DNA from: Trichosphaerium sp. ATCC 40318
Lineage: Eukaryota > Protista > Tubulinea
Length of the DNA: 64,000 bases
Direction: 5' to 3'
NCBI GenBank assembly: GCA_038496445.1
Contig: JALMLS010000281.1
Span: 115,610 to 179,609, forward strand
Made by a program: the position numbers and the translations under genes. The notes under the pieces were generated by a model, which saw only the letters and a list, made by a program, of their open reading frames with translations, was not told the DNA's origin and did no database searches. This document shows positions 12,612 through 26,231 of the stretch, in pieces. Each line of letters begins with the position of its first letter. Position 1 is the first letter of the stretch.

Positions 12612-13530
12612 CTTTAGAACTACGTTAGAGAAGTAGTGAGGGAGTAAAAAAATAAAGTCCAACAACTTTTTTTCATTGATTGAAAAAACAAGGAATTCTA
12701 GAATAAAGTTCAACTTCACCAAATACTCAGTTTATAGTACACCTCAGTGAATGGTACTAGTATTAATCTGTGGCAGGATATGTACTCTCGCGCTTGTGTA
12801 TCCCTTGATACGGTATGAGCCAGAAAGACTTTTTGGTATTCTTCTTTTGTAGTTTTTTCGGTTCCACGTGGGCGCATTTGTTATCAAAACAGTAGATTGG
12901 AAACTCACGACTGACGAAGAGTACATATCCTACAACAACAAAAGCACAAAACGAAAATCGGCGATTTCGTTCTGATTTCAAATTTGTCGCCCACGCACGC
13001 AGTGATCTTAAAACTGCAAAAAAGCGAGGCAAAATTTTGTAAACTTTAAAGCTCTGCTTTGTAGCGCTCGAAATGTATGTGCGAACCTATGCGTATATTC
13101 TATTCATTTTTCGTTGTAAAAAGGCAGTTTATGCACTACAGCTACTTTTTAGGAAAAGAAAAGCGACATCGCTTAAACTTTACGTACTTTGGTTTTTTAG
13201 CTGCCAATTGGGCGCCTAGGCAATAAAGAAATTACAAAGTAATTATTTTGGCCCAAAAGGCAACAAATGGCTTGTTTTATGTATTTTTAGTGTAATTTAT
13301 TTCGTTTACGCTGTTTTACAACGAGTTTTAAACTTACCTATTTTTATTCCAAACTAAGCCCTGGATGTGTTCATTTTAATGTAGCGTTTACAGTCGTAAA
13401 GTGAAGATTGTAACAGTCGCAATCATGCAAGTCAGCAATAGTCCGCTGTGCCACAAAACTGAACGTAAATGAAACTGTTGTTTAGACATACAATTCAATT
13501 GATGCCTATCAAATATTTTTGAATGTTTAT

Positions 13531-15711
13531 TTAGTCTTTAACACCAGCAAGTTTATCAAAAGCTTTTGTTAACGAACCAAGCTCTTCTAGAGACATTGAT
13601 TTTTCTTCTTCTTCTGTTAATAAACAATCATCAAATAACTTTGTGACTTTTTCTTTATCTACTGATGTACCAATCAACACCAGTTCTTGTCTCACTAAAA
13701 GTAATGCTGTTAATAGATATCACGTAGAAAAAATATCACGTGCCATCTCCATGTTCAGGGTCCCATCTGCCATCATCTTCTAACCATTTTTTTTGTTTTA
13801 AAAGATCTTGCATTACTACTTCTGTAGTTTGTTCTACTGACTCTAAATCTGTTGAGCTGACGGAAGCAATTTTGAATTCTCCTTTGTCTACAAGATCTAT
13901 TGCTCTTTTTACCCAAAGACCACGTTTGAATGTGACCTAATGTATGAGTTTTCGCTTTGGACATAGAAAAAACATCAAAATTTTGACGTACTGTGCCTGC
14001 TGTTGTTTGCCATTCGTAACGGTAATCGCTTCCTGCTAGATAAAAGAAACCTTTCGATCTCAAGAGACCTTTAAGTTTCCAATTTTGAACAATATCAAGT
14101 AATCTTCCAGGATGGAAAGGCTTCGTTGCGCTGTACACCTAAAAAGAAAAAAATAAGAAAAAAAAACCAACACAAATACCATACCATTGTGGATACACCA
14201 AACTCTTCTGAAGTGTGGTCATGCCTTTGAAAATGTTAATTGAGTGTTGCATAAACAATGCTTAGATAATCAGCACATTACATACATTGCGTTTTCTTTT
14301 CTCCAACTAAGACTTTTGGCTTCTTTTACCATATCATATTTTCCTGTTCCTAACAGTTTATCCTACAGTCGCACATCTCTTGTAAGTATTCCACAAGACT
14401 CTATGATTACATACCAAGCCTACTTTGCTGTATTGTGTTCTATGAATTTCAGCCTTTGGGTTCATCTGACGTAAAAGGGATTCAAGAGAATCCAAGAAGT
14501 CAGGTGATTTAATTAAATCTGTCTTGTTGAGAATAATTGTATTCGCATACTCAATCTGATCACTAACTAATTGAGAAACTAGTCTCTTAAAAAAGATCCT
14601 GTTAGTGAGTTACTTATATGTTTGGGTTATTTACCGTATCATTGTCACCCTCTCCAAGATTTAATTTATCTATGTTTGTAATAATTAGTCTTTCATCCAA
14701 CAATAATTTTCGATAATCTATCCGTACCTAAGCTTGCACGGCTTTTGAACTGCGACATAAAATGGCCTGCGTCTACAACAGTAGCCTAAAACTTATTGTA
14801 AATATTTTATAAACGATTATATTACGACTATTCAGCTGGTTTTAAAGACGGAGAAATACCACACATCAAAATAAAAGAAGAAATAAATAGGAATCAACAC
14901 GAGGAACGTGATTAAGTACCATTGTATCAAGTTGTGCTACTTCTTTAAGATTTTCTCCAAATTGTTCTGAAAATAAGAATGCGTGTGCTACTGGCAGTGG
15001 TTCAGCAACACCAGATCCTTCAATGACCATGTAATCGAATTCATTTCTTTTTGCCATCTCAGCGATCTATTGAGTATCAAGAGTAAGCTCAGTGAAACGC
15101 ATGGGAACGAAACAAGTCAGCACTGAAATACAAACGGTTTTTTCTACAATAAAAAGATAACTAAGAAATACTGCTACATAGACGAATGGTAGCGAAACCA
15201 AGTCGAAAAAAGGCTACACATGACATAACGTAAAAACAAAATCGTATTTTCATAACACCGTACGGATTGAACCAGATCTTGACGAGAGGTACAGCAAATA
15301 CATCCGTTACTTAGTTGTACCATTTCTTTGCTAATATTGGAGAAATTACCTTCGGTTCAAGTTAGGATAACATTTATTGATGTAAAACGCGTCAAAATGC
15401 TTTTTCCGCATATTGTAACATCGTACCATCCTTGTTTATAAGATGTGAGTCAATATTAAGTTTAGCAACATCATTTACGATGACAGCGACGCGTTTGCCT
15501 TCTCTGTTCTGTAATATGTGGTTCAATAGCGTAGTTTTACCTGTTAGTACATTAATACGTTAGAACTACCCTATTCAATACCTGAGCCCAAGAAACCGCT
15601 CAATACAGTAACTGGTAGCTTCTTTTCTACTCTATCCACTTGTGTACAGTATTTTACGCGTTGAAAGCGGCGTACGCAACTAGCACGATGAAGAGCAGAT
15701 ACTCGTAGCAT
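13531..15711 (-). CDS. COG0523/CobW (ZNG1/YciC-like) G3E-family metallochaperone GTPase with a possible mitochondrial presequence
   Basis: [73 protein letters not shown]. The N-terminus [22 protein letters not shown] is Arg-rich and acid-free. Confidence 0.92.
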
Positions 15712-15817
15712 TATGATGCCCTGACAGTAAACGGCAGCACTGTTTTAATAAACGACGAATTATTTTGACCAAACTCAAAACCAAGAATATTGAAAAGTGC
15801 TAAGTATTGGTTTATTG

Positions 15818-17844
15818 CTAAATTGCTTCAACATCAAAGTAATTGAAATTTTGTCTATTCGTTAGAAACTTCATTGTGATGGTATGCAACCCAGCTGATA
15901 TACTTCCAATATTTGCTGAACGTGTTTGCCAGTTTTGCCATCCTACAACTGTTAATGTAAACAGTCTAGACTTATACTTACCACCAGTGCTAGGATACGA
16001 GATTGTGGTCTTTGGGGTACCATCCACAAGAACTTGGATACGTCTTGTTCCAGAACCGGCCGAAGCAACACGTACTCTAACACGGTAGTTTGATGTAGCA
16101 GCAAATTCAACATCATACTCAAGAAACTCGTGTCGATCGATGTAACCAACGTTACATCCACGTCCAACATCACTTGTTAATTCGAGATCAACTTGTGGAG
16201 CAGTTAATGTAGCACCACATGTCGCACCACCTACCTATTTTAGTACCAAGTCTTTTAAGGGTGCCCTTTAAGAGCTGAAATAAAAAAGTACTAACCTCGG
16301 TTTGCGGATGTTGTATCAAAAGAACCTGTAAATGCTTCTGCTTGAATCCTTCCAGGAACGGAAAGTGTAGGACATGCAAAGGCTCCAAAGGCTTCACTTA
16401 AAAACAAAATTCTGTCACGCCCTGCGGTTAGCTAAAGCACATATTAAACAAAGCTAAAGAGGAACACCAAGGCAACGCACCACTGCTCTACCACAAGTTG
16501 CCGAAGGTAGGTTTATCCAGGTCGCTTTCATACCAAAGCTACCTCCTGAAGGAAGCGCCATTGTTGCTACATTACGAGTGCTTGTAATAGTAGCAATTCG
16601 CCATCCATTAAGTCCGTTAATGTTGGCAATAAACTTCTTGATACCAGGAGCATAGGCTACATTCGAATCGGCAAAGAAAAAAGGTTCAGGTGCACTCAAA
16701 GATATTGGTCCTCCTATTATTGAAACAGCACCACTCGTAGGATTGATAGTGAACAATCTAACAGTTGGGGTTTGCTCGCGGTTACCATCTTGAGAGTAAC
16801 TGAAACAAAATGTGTTTGTATCAAAGTCAAAAGCGATTTCATAATTTGGAACACGTGAAGACCCAAATGATAACACAGTTCTATCAATCTACAAAAAAGC
16901 ACGTGTTACCAAACAATAACTTTATACTAACGCACCGATGTTCCGATTATTTTCACCTTTAGGCTATTACTGCCTTCGTAAAAGAAGTAAAAGACGCCAT
17001 TGCCATACACAAGCTGAGATGAAAACCCAGAAGGGTTTGCCACTAAGCAGTGTTATTTACTTTTTAACTCTCCAAAGTCATACATACCGACATTGTTAGA
17101 TGTTGTGACAGCGCTAGATGCTTTGTCGACGAACGTAGGGAAGTTAGTGCCACTAACTCTTCGTATGACCAAGTACTCATCGTCAACTACGAAGCGTTTT
17201 TTAGATTCACAAAGTGTTTCGCCGTATGTAACGTACTTGGATGATAGGCAAAACCATCTGAACCAAAACTTCCTGGTAGAGCAATTGGTACAATTTGATA
17301 GCTCTGAAAAAAAGATTAATCAAAGTTTTAGGAGTTCTAAGTACCCCAGAAACAAAGCGAACTCGCAAAACACTTGTTACAGCTACTACTTTAATGAGAA
17401 TACCAAACTCGTCTTCAGCATGGGTAATGTCAAGTAATTGTACAGCGTTAGCGCTGTAGTACAGAGTCGTGGCACCACCAGAAAGAAGTTCTAAAGCGAT
17501 TTTTAGCCATAATAAAGCAGAAAAAAAAAAAGGTCACAATTTAAAAACAGTTTACCATCTTGAGTGCCTAGCGTTATCGAAAGACCAGATACGAAATTAT
17601 TTATAGTCGCTACTCCTACTGTACATAGTACTTCTCCTCTGTTGCCAATATTTCCGGCTAAAGTTTTTCTAGAACTAATACCTGTAGCTGGCGCAACGGG
17701 CGTAAGTGTTGTCCACGTGTTGTCAGTAGCCCATACTGCGAGTAAACTATAAGCACGAAGTTTTGGTCAAAATCAAGAAAAAGGTGCTTTACCATATGCT
17801 ACAGATACCAGAAGGGCGAAAGAAACGATGATTATTGATCGCAT
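15818..17844 (-). CDS. Secreted protein with a C-terminal CBM6/CBM35-like carbohydrate-binding module; multi-exon
   Basis: Signal peptide MRSIIIVSFALLVSVAY; beta-rich middle; C-terminal YRVRVRVASAGSG...PSTG|GWQNWQT...AGLHTITMKF...NFNYF typical of CBM6. Confidence 0.75.
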
Positions 17845-18694
17845 GCGATTCGTGTGCTTGAACCACTGTTGAGTACTGGATTTGTGTTTTTTATTCTTCC
17901 GTAAATTCACAATTAAATTTGCTACGGTAAATCATTTGCCCTAAACCACCCGTGCGCATACGGTAGTCGTACCAATAATAGTCTTAGCCACTCTCCAATA
18001 TGCCTTATTAGATTTCCACCAACAGTTAGAATCAAAACTACGCATGTTGGCGCTAGATATGGACAACAATTGACAATGTGATTTAACCACTTTGTAAGGC
18101 GGGAGTTCTTGACCTCCGCTCACAAAAAAGTCAACAAGCGCACGATAAATATCTACATTAACCACTTTAGCGTAGCGTACCAATCGTTGGTTACAGTACT
18201 GATATTGTTTCTCCAGTTAGGGTATACGCAAGCAAGTTTTTAATTATTCGCTACTAGCATATCATGAGCTACATATCATCCAAGACATGTGTTTTCTTAC
18301 TACCCTTTTCTTTCCAGCCAAAACCACAAACAAAAGCTGCGCAGACCAAGAAAAGAGGTGGCTGCTCGATCACGTTTTACACCTAAACTGGCTAAATCGG
18401 TTCAAAACTGGAATGACACACTGTTGGCTTTGTATTTCTAATCTGTTGTTACTTGGAGTAATCACGAAGTGGCCAACAACACGCTGAATGAGGCTGTACA
18501 CTGAACCCTCAAGACGGCTAAAATACACTGAAAGTGAGTAAGACTTTTTTGAGCCAAAACCAATTATACTAAACTAAATAAACAGCAATAAAACGTGTTA
18601 GGATTGCTTTTTTATATTCCGTGGTGTAGGTGGCTTAGTGGAATACAAAATACATCTTTAAAGATGCTTAAGAAAAGTTTTATTCATTGTACTC

Positions 18695-21600
18695 TTACAC
18701 TGTTCCTGCTCCATCGTACGCGTCAAATACTGCTTTAAATGACTTCATATATTTTTCTCCTGATGTTTCAAACTCTTGTCCGGATGAGAGACATGATACA
18801 AAGTGTTGCTGAGTCCCAAAAGTGCTATTATTTTTTAGTATATTTAAACGAGAAATTGGTGACAAACCTGTCTCCTGGATATGCTCCTTTTTGTGGTATA
18901 ACATAATTATGATAGTAGTAAGGCTTGTCGTGAACTGAAACCTTGATTCTACCATCTACACCTAACTCTATGCGACCTTTTTTTCCTTCGACTAAATCGC
19001 CTGTTACGAAAAAGTAATAAAACAGTTCAACTTACCAACAAATATGCCAAAAGTAACAGCTTTCTTTCCTTTAGTGGTTGGTTCCTTTTATGCGTTAGAA
19101 TATGGAAGTGGCTAATATAACATGCCTGTGGGTCTGCGCATCTATGTAAGTCAATGAAAACCGATACATCGTTATCCATTGTGAGTGTTGTTACTGTTAA
19201 ATCTTCACCTTTGATTTTAGGATTTATCCTTTAAAATTTCGCATTACTTTTGACAACCAATACTAGTAGGCTTACTTTTTATGAACGGATTGAATATCTT
19301 TAATTTCTCCAAATAAGTATCTTGCAGTATCTATAAAGTGAATACCAGACTCATACAAAAGGAACTTTGGCATATCTATTTCAATTTTTAGTTCAAACAT
19401 ACAGAATAAAATCAGATATATAAATAACTTACCTTTGAAGTAAGGTTGGTCAGTATAAGGCTTATCACTGCGACCATCACCCTTCTTTGATTCCCAGCGA
19501 GCATAGTATGGATCACCTTCAACAACACGTCAGAAAGACTACAAAGGTCAAAAGAGTCTATAAACATACCAATAACGCCCTTATCCATCAATGCTTTGAT
19601 TTCTCTGTACCACACTCTCCAACGCCAATTCTCATTAATCATCAACTTAACATTCTATAATGTACTCTCAGAAGAGCATAGAGGACTTTCATTTGCGTAC
19701 ATTCTTCTTTGTTACTTCCAGCATCTGTTCAGCTTCTTCCATTGTAACCGCCATTGGTTTCTGACAAAGAATATGAACACCTTGTTCAGCAGCTAGTGTT
19801 GTCAACTTTAAGTGAGAAGACGGCCTAAAGAAAACATGTAAATCTAAGAGAAGGTGTCACTTGTGATCTCTTAATACCTTGTTACTATATCAACGAAATC
19901 AGGTTTTTCTGCTGCAATCATTTCAGCAGCGTCCGTGTAGGTTTTAGGAATACAATGCTTAGCTAATTTTGAAAAACAAGTTAACAAAAACTACAATACA
20001 ATGGTTCTTGAGCTTTTATCTACTTACCTGCGAATGCTTCACCTTTGCTTTTATCAACATCGCACACAGCAACAATTTCAGCACCAGCAACGCGTTTCCA
20101 ATCAGCCATTTGAATGTCACTGTTGCAAACAGAAGGACGTTAACCTTTTTTTGTTCTATGATATAAAGCACTTACCTGAAGAATCCTGTACCGATTGTCA
20201 CTCCTCGAAGAGCTTTAGAAGCTACTTGGGCTTTTGTAGTAGGAGCACAAACACGATTAATTGCATCCAAGACAGCTGTAGTCACCTGAAAATGAATGAG
20301 CAGGAGACTTGTTTCGAAAATAAACATGATATTTACCATTTTTGTGTTTGCGCGACCACCAAGATCAAAGCCATGATTTTTTGGGTTTGCAAGAACATCA
20401 CATATCTATGTATACATTGTTTAGGAGGATAAACACATGCTAAAATTACAGTGTGACATACGGCTTGGTCTATGAGTGAAGCACATCTTTTCAAAGTTGA
20501 ATCATCGTGTCTGTCTGCCAACCAATCCAGCATCATACCTGCTGACATCATCTGGCCTATAGGATTTGCTACGCCTTTTCAAGAGTCAGTAAAATTAAAT
20601 GAATGCTATTGACCAACCTTTACCAGCGATATCTGGAGCAGTGCCTAATTTTGGATTGGTTAGTTTTTTTATTGTAAGAAAAAGTGATGTACCATGAGAT
20701 GGCTGAAACATTCCATACTTATCACCAACATCACCTGAAGGTGCTAATCCCATACCGCCAATAGTACCTAGAATTTTTATTGGCACTGTAAACAGCAAAG
20801 AAGAAGTCCTTGAGGGTGTACCTGCTGCAAGATCCGAGATTATGTCACCAAACATGTTTTCAGATACTACGACATCAAAGTTCTCAGGTTTAGTTACCTA
20901 AAGATACATTAAAAGCGTTGGCGATGTGACACGTGATTCATGAATATTAAAAACTTGCAGGTAAAAAGTAAGTACCTGGTACAGAGTGAAAGCGTCAATA
21001 TAAGCATAGTCCTTTTTGATATCTGGGAACTCTGTGGCTACTTCATCATAATTTTTACGCCAGTACGCAAGACTTCTTAATACATTCGCTTTATCCACGC
21101 ATGTTACCTTTCATATGGTTAGTATATATTGAATGAATGCGTCTAGAGTATTGTGTACCTTCTTTAAACCGTTTCGTTTCTTTGCGAGCTAAAAACCACG
21201 TGTCAGTTTTTGACAAAAAAAAAGACAGAAAACTAGGCCGTACTTCGAAAGCATATCGAACAATACGCTTAGTGCCCTTTTCTGTTACTATCATTTTATC
21301 CGTGAACGTCTTAAAGGGTATGTTAAATCGATTGGGTACACTCAAAGCACCTTTGTCTGTTCATCAAAAGTTCCCTTTCCTTTTGGGAAACAGTTAATAA
21401 AAAATTCAAATGTCGTTTAAAGATTTACCTCTAGACCAGTACAAACCTTCTGTATTCTCTCGAAGAATTACCTATAGAATGTCATAAACCACGTGACTCT
21501 ACTGACAGCATACATAGTCAATAGGTTGTCCTTTGGCCAGAATAGGCTGAACACCTTATGTACAGAAAAATAAGCCAAAAAAACCCAAACAACACTTTCG

Positions 21601-22211
21601 CTTTCGCACCTGGGTACAATTTTATAGGACGGATACCAGCCTAATAATAAAATAGTAAATATTACTAAATGTGGCGTTGTACGTTATTATATCTAAATTA
21701 TACTTACATAGAGATCTAATACTACGCGGAGAGTCAACTGAGGAGCTATTTCTGTGCCATCTTCGTATCTAATTGATGGCAAACCTGCCGATCCGAATAA
21801 AATGGCGTCACACTCCTTACATGCTTCTAGAGTATCATCTGGAAGGTCCTAAGAGTGGTGAGCTTACTTTCGGTACATAAAACCGCTTATTCGAGACTAG
21901 CGAACAGTAACAAAATTCGAAAAAGCTAATGACGCTTCAAAAACGTGTTGTGCGGAGGTTTTTGGTTGTTTTAGGTGTACGCACTTTTCCAGTCTCCTTA
22001 TAGCATACAGCTCCACAGCGCTTATGTACATACTCTAATGTTGTGCCAGGGAAGTATTTGAAGAGCTCTAACCGTATGTTACATCAGCTTCAATAGAATA
22101 GAAGAACTTTTCAAAGTTACCATCAAGCATTTTGATCGTTTCAGCGACAACTTCAGGACCAATACCATCGCCTGCGAGTACAGCTATTTTGTATATTTTC
22201 TCGGCAGCCAT
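18695..22211 (-). CDS. Fusion protein: N-terminal isocitrate/isopropylmalate/tartrate dehydrogenase-family domain + C-terminal Gfo/Idh/MocA oxidoreductase (D-apiose dehydrogenase-like); about 20 introns
   Basis: [68 protein letters not shown]|VTTAVLDAI, continuing without a stop into [84 protein letters not shown]. Confidence 0.88.
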
Positions 22212-22593
22212 ATTGCTAACAGTATTACAGTGTACAACAATAATACAAGGAATCACAAACTGAAAGGTTTCAGTAATGTTCAAAACACTCCAAAGAGAAC
22301 TGTACTCACTTATGCTCTTCTGTACCCACACTACTACTCTAACACTGTTTTTCTTTTACAACGTATCTTTCATAATGTCAAAGCTGGGACTGTAATGTCA
22401 CGTGGACAAATTTGTTCAAATAGGTGATAAGAAATAATAGTCGAAAGTTCTCTTTACTTTTTTTCTAGAAATTTTTTTTTTACATAACGAAAAGTCGTTT
22501 TGTCGTAGGTTCTGTCATTCACGTCTAGACTATAAATACAGCAAAACGCACTGTGCGCATGAGTTTTTAAACAATACGTGCATGTATTCATGG

Positions 22594-22929
22594 CTACCCA
22601 TCAGCCAGTTCTAAGCACCTTTGAATTATTTTCTTTTTGACTTCAAGGATATTGTCATGTGGACTGACATTTATCGTCAAAGATTTACCCAAAATACTTT
22701 TCGTGTGTACTTCTGCAGCTCCATGTAGTGCTATAGCCATATGCATAGAAGACTCGTCTACAATAGAGTAATCGTTAAGAGTGCGGCCATCTTCTAATAC
22801 AACGCCGGCATAAATTAAGCGTTGTCGTTCAGGAGGCATGCCAGCATCCCATAAATCTGTTTTAAGGTCATTATCGCTTGTAGTGTGCTTTTTGGCCGAA
22901 CCATCTACAGTTTTGACGAAAATCCGCAT
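22594..22929 (-). CDS. Divergent tandem ubiquitin-like protein (one UBL with an internal deletion plus a partial second UBL); possibly a pseudogene
   Basis: MRIFVKT, GMPPERQRLIYAGVVLEDGRTLNDYSI, then a second UBL start (VHTKSILGKSLTINVSPHDNILEVKKKI). No di-Gly motif. Confidence 0.7.
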   Translation of the reverse strand: MRIFVKTVDGSAKKHTTSDNDLKTDLWDAGMPPERQRLIYAGVVLEDGRTLNDYSIVDESSMHMAIALHGAAEVHTKSILGKSLTINVSPHDNILEVKKKIIQRCLELADG

Positions 22930-23983
22930 TGAAAGCTTAAATTATGATATTACGTCGTAGGGCGTTACAATTATCTACTTGAACTGGCTTTTGAAGACTT
23001 TTGTAGTTTAAACGCCAAAATCTATTCAAACGCGATTAGATACGTAGAATAGATGTAAAAAACGCAATCCTTACCAGTTTCAACCAGCCTCAACACAAAA
23101 CGCTTGAAACAACCAGAAAATCGTAGCAAACAGTAGGTTATTATGCTGTTGGCCTAACAAACACAATTCTTAAATTAGAACAAAAAACGTTAAGTTTGAA
23201 CGGCAAGCAAGTCAGCGCCTGTATTTGTTGCGTATCTACGCTGATAGTGTTTACCAATACTGGCCAGTATAAACAGAGCGTGAAAAAATTCAGTGAACAC
23301 AATGACACATTGCGCAATGTGTCAAAGTACAATTTTTCTGCTATTCTAGCTCTGAGTGCTTGATAACGACTTTTTCTAGCTCTAGCAATGTCTTGAACAT
23401 GTGTTGAATTTCTACATCCTGCTTGAACAGTGCTCATAGTTTTATTTCTAGGTATTACATATACAAGCGAGTATACATGGGTATTTCAAACAGTTGTAAT
23501 CTTTGTGCTAACTCTCTAAGCATAGGTCTATTAAATCTGATATGGTTCATGCTGTTTCTAAGTTACTAACCACAGCAAACGTGTACCAACACTAGACGGA
23601 TACTTTTTCACAGGTTTTAGATACCACAAGAAGTCTCATGGGACATACGTTCATAGTAAGATAAAAAAGCATATCGCACTTCAAGGCAAGAAAAAATTTA
23701 CTCAGCCAATGCGGGCGACACAAGACTACAGGTGGAGGTGCCACTGGAAGGCCGCCCACATAGTTATCAACAAGATAAAGGATTTACAATTGCTGAACGT
23801 AATGCTACTGATGTTTGATATCTATCTCATCTACTGCGTTGGGCAAAGTACTTCTAATATTGATTATACAAACCTGGCAGATACCGATAATCTTGATGAA
23901 TTTTATTGCTCATTGCCTAAACCCACAACCGACAGATGCTTGTTAATTTGCGTTATAACCAGAAACAAACTGTACTGTTGTAG

Positions 23984-25961
23984 AAAACTATCACAAATTT
24001 TACGGGTATCTTATGATTCTGCGTTACCCATAAGTAAGATTATTTTGTAGTGATTGTTTCTACTACTTCGATGCACACTGTTCGCTTTGGGACTTCCAAA
24101 AAAAGTAAAGTGTTTCCCACTCAAATTTGGTCATTCTGCTATTAGATCTAACAAAAGACGTACCAGTCGGTTACCAGAATAGGTACTCACTTCAGGAAGT
24201 GCTTTTCAAGTATTAAACCATGTTTAGATTTGTCATGTCTCAAAAGAACCAAGTAACGGCGAAGTACGTACTATAGCGTCCACACCGCGTAGAAAACTAA
24301 CGCAAAGCGTACTTACTAGCACTGAAAGAGCAAACAGTACACAATCGCTTACTAGTACACAAAAGGCACTCCATAAGGTAGTGCCTCTTATAAATAGTGC
24401 TCTATTTGGTTCTAGCAGAGATCGTCACGATTCAAAATCGTTTTCAAAGTACTGGGATCAATATGTTGGTACTGACGGCCAAGAAATTGAGGTACGGTAC
24501 TATTCTGATTAATTTATTCTGGACTTACTGTAGTAGGATACGACTGTAGCTAAAAGGTTTGCAAGGATTCAAGTAAGCAACCAGAATACCACAAAAACCA
24601 TTTCTTAATTTTTTTTTCTCAGGTTGTAGAGTGGCCTGCTGAAGGACGTGTATTGCGCGGTAGGGTTTACCGTCCAGGTCCTGAATCTGAACCACCAAAC
24701 AACACCCTTTTTGTAAGTTTTTCTGGGTCTCATGGGTCAAGTGAACAACATATGAGTCAAGCAGCTTTCTATTTGGCATCACTAGGATGTTCAGTAAGTT
24801 CCCCAAAAACCATTGTCGGAAACCCTTGATTAAACCGTGTAGGTACTCGCACTTAATTATACAGGATTTGGTGCTAGTACATCTGATGCGTATACACCAG
24901 GTGAACGCTCAAAGTTTGGTATGATTGGTACGACATTTTCTCTGATTGCCTCAACTTTTTACATGAGCGCTCATTTAACCTCTTGTACAGGGATTAAAAA
25001 GCTTCATAGCTCTCACTTGTATCTTGATGGTATGGAGTTTCTGAAATGTGCAACCACAAAGTTAAGAAACAAAGACGGTGAAGTACGTCCGTAGCACACA
25101 TTTTTTTCTGAATTATGGTAACTCTATTGTAGCGCTATAAAATATCAGATATAGTACTTCATGGTTACTCATTAGGAGCCCCTGTAGCTTGTCACGTGGC
25201 TGTAGAAACTGCTCGTAATTCTGATAAAATACACGGATTATTGTTGGACCGAGGAATGGCCAGTGTTAAGCAAGCTTCGAAGGACCATGGTACACTAGAA
25301 CTTTATTTTATAGTGAAACAAAATTGTTTTCTTTCTTTTTTGGTAACATTTTTGTTGCTAGGTTACTCGTTGGCTGGTGCGTTTGCTGCGTATACACACG
25401 GTGATATGAATTTACTAGAAAGCCTTATACAGTTACAAAGAGTGTATTCAGATGTACCTTTTCTTTTTTGCATTGCAGGTACTAAGGATGCTATGTCAGG
25501 AACGTTTAAAGATGTTGGTACGTGCATGCCAACCATTTACTATTATTTTTCACATTTTATGTGCGTCAATACGTTCTACTGTAACGTACAGTGACTATAC
25601 GTAAACCATAATAGGAAACTGTTTGTTTGGCTTTTCTCCTTCTTACACAGTTTTTTTTGTAGGTTTTTTCGCTGATGTAATTGGATTTACTAAAATATGG
25701 TGTCATTATGATAGCATAGCAAAACACACTGACCATGTACAGATGTTAGTTTCATCAAGACTGGAGCTTCCAAAGCTTATTAACGGCACTCTGATTGCTG
25801 CTGCAAGGGAGGTCGATGGTGTGGAAATCGAAGGTGACTTTAAAACATGGGCGAAAGCTATTACTGAGCACTATGGGAACATGAATTATCACAATACCGA
25901 GAATACTAACTTTGACAAAGAACCTTCAAAGTTTGAATACAAATATTGCACTTTGATGTAG
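23984..25961 (+). CDS. Alpha/beta-hydrolase (ABHD-like); multi-exon, 5' end unresolved and may extend to about 23710
   Basis: VLALNYTGFGAS; nucleophile elbow IVLHGYSLGAPVA at about 25150; GLLLDRG; FCIAGTKD; frame-consistent upstream exons. Confidence 0.75.
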
Positions 25962-26231
25962 ATAAAACTAAAAGTTCTTAACAATAGTTCTTTGTTTATT
26001 ACAAGTACTGTATTAGTTCATAAGTACATTTCAAATTACCAAAAGAGCACATCCATAATTGAACGAACCTATGGCATTCCCTCTTCGAAAACTTTCCATC
26101 TGCCACTCGCATTGTTTTCGGAGCTATCATATCATAGAACATAACTGATACAAGTGTAAGGAAATATTAAACTTGCGAAGTCATGCCACGAGAACAGACT
26201 TAACAGTTTTTTTGTTGTTATTAGTTTTGGC

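Noticed and set aside
17941-18487. Short ORFs upstream of the CBM6 gene, and ORF 23141-23437
   Set aside because: No motifs, no splice support, and composition consistent with intergenic DNA.
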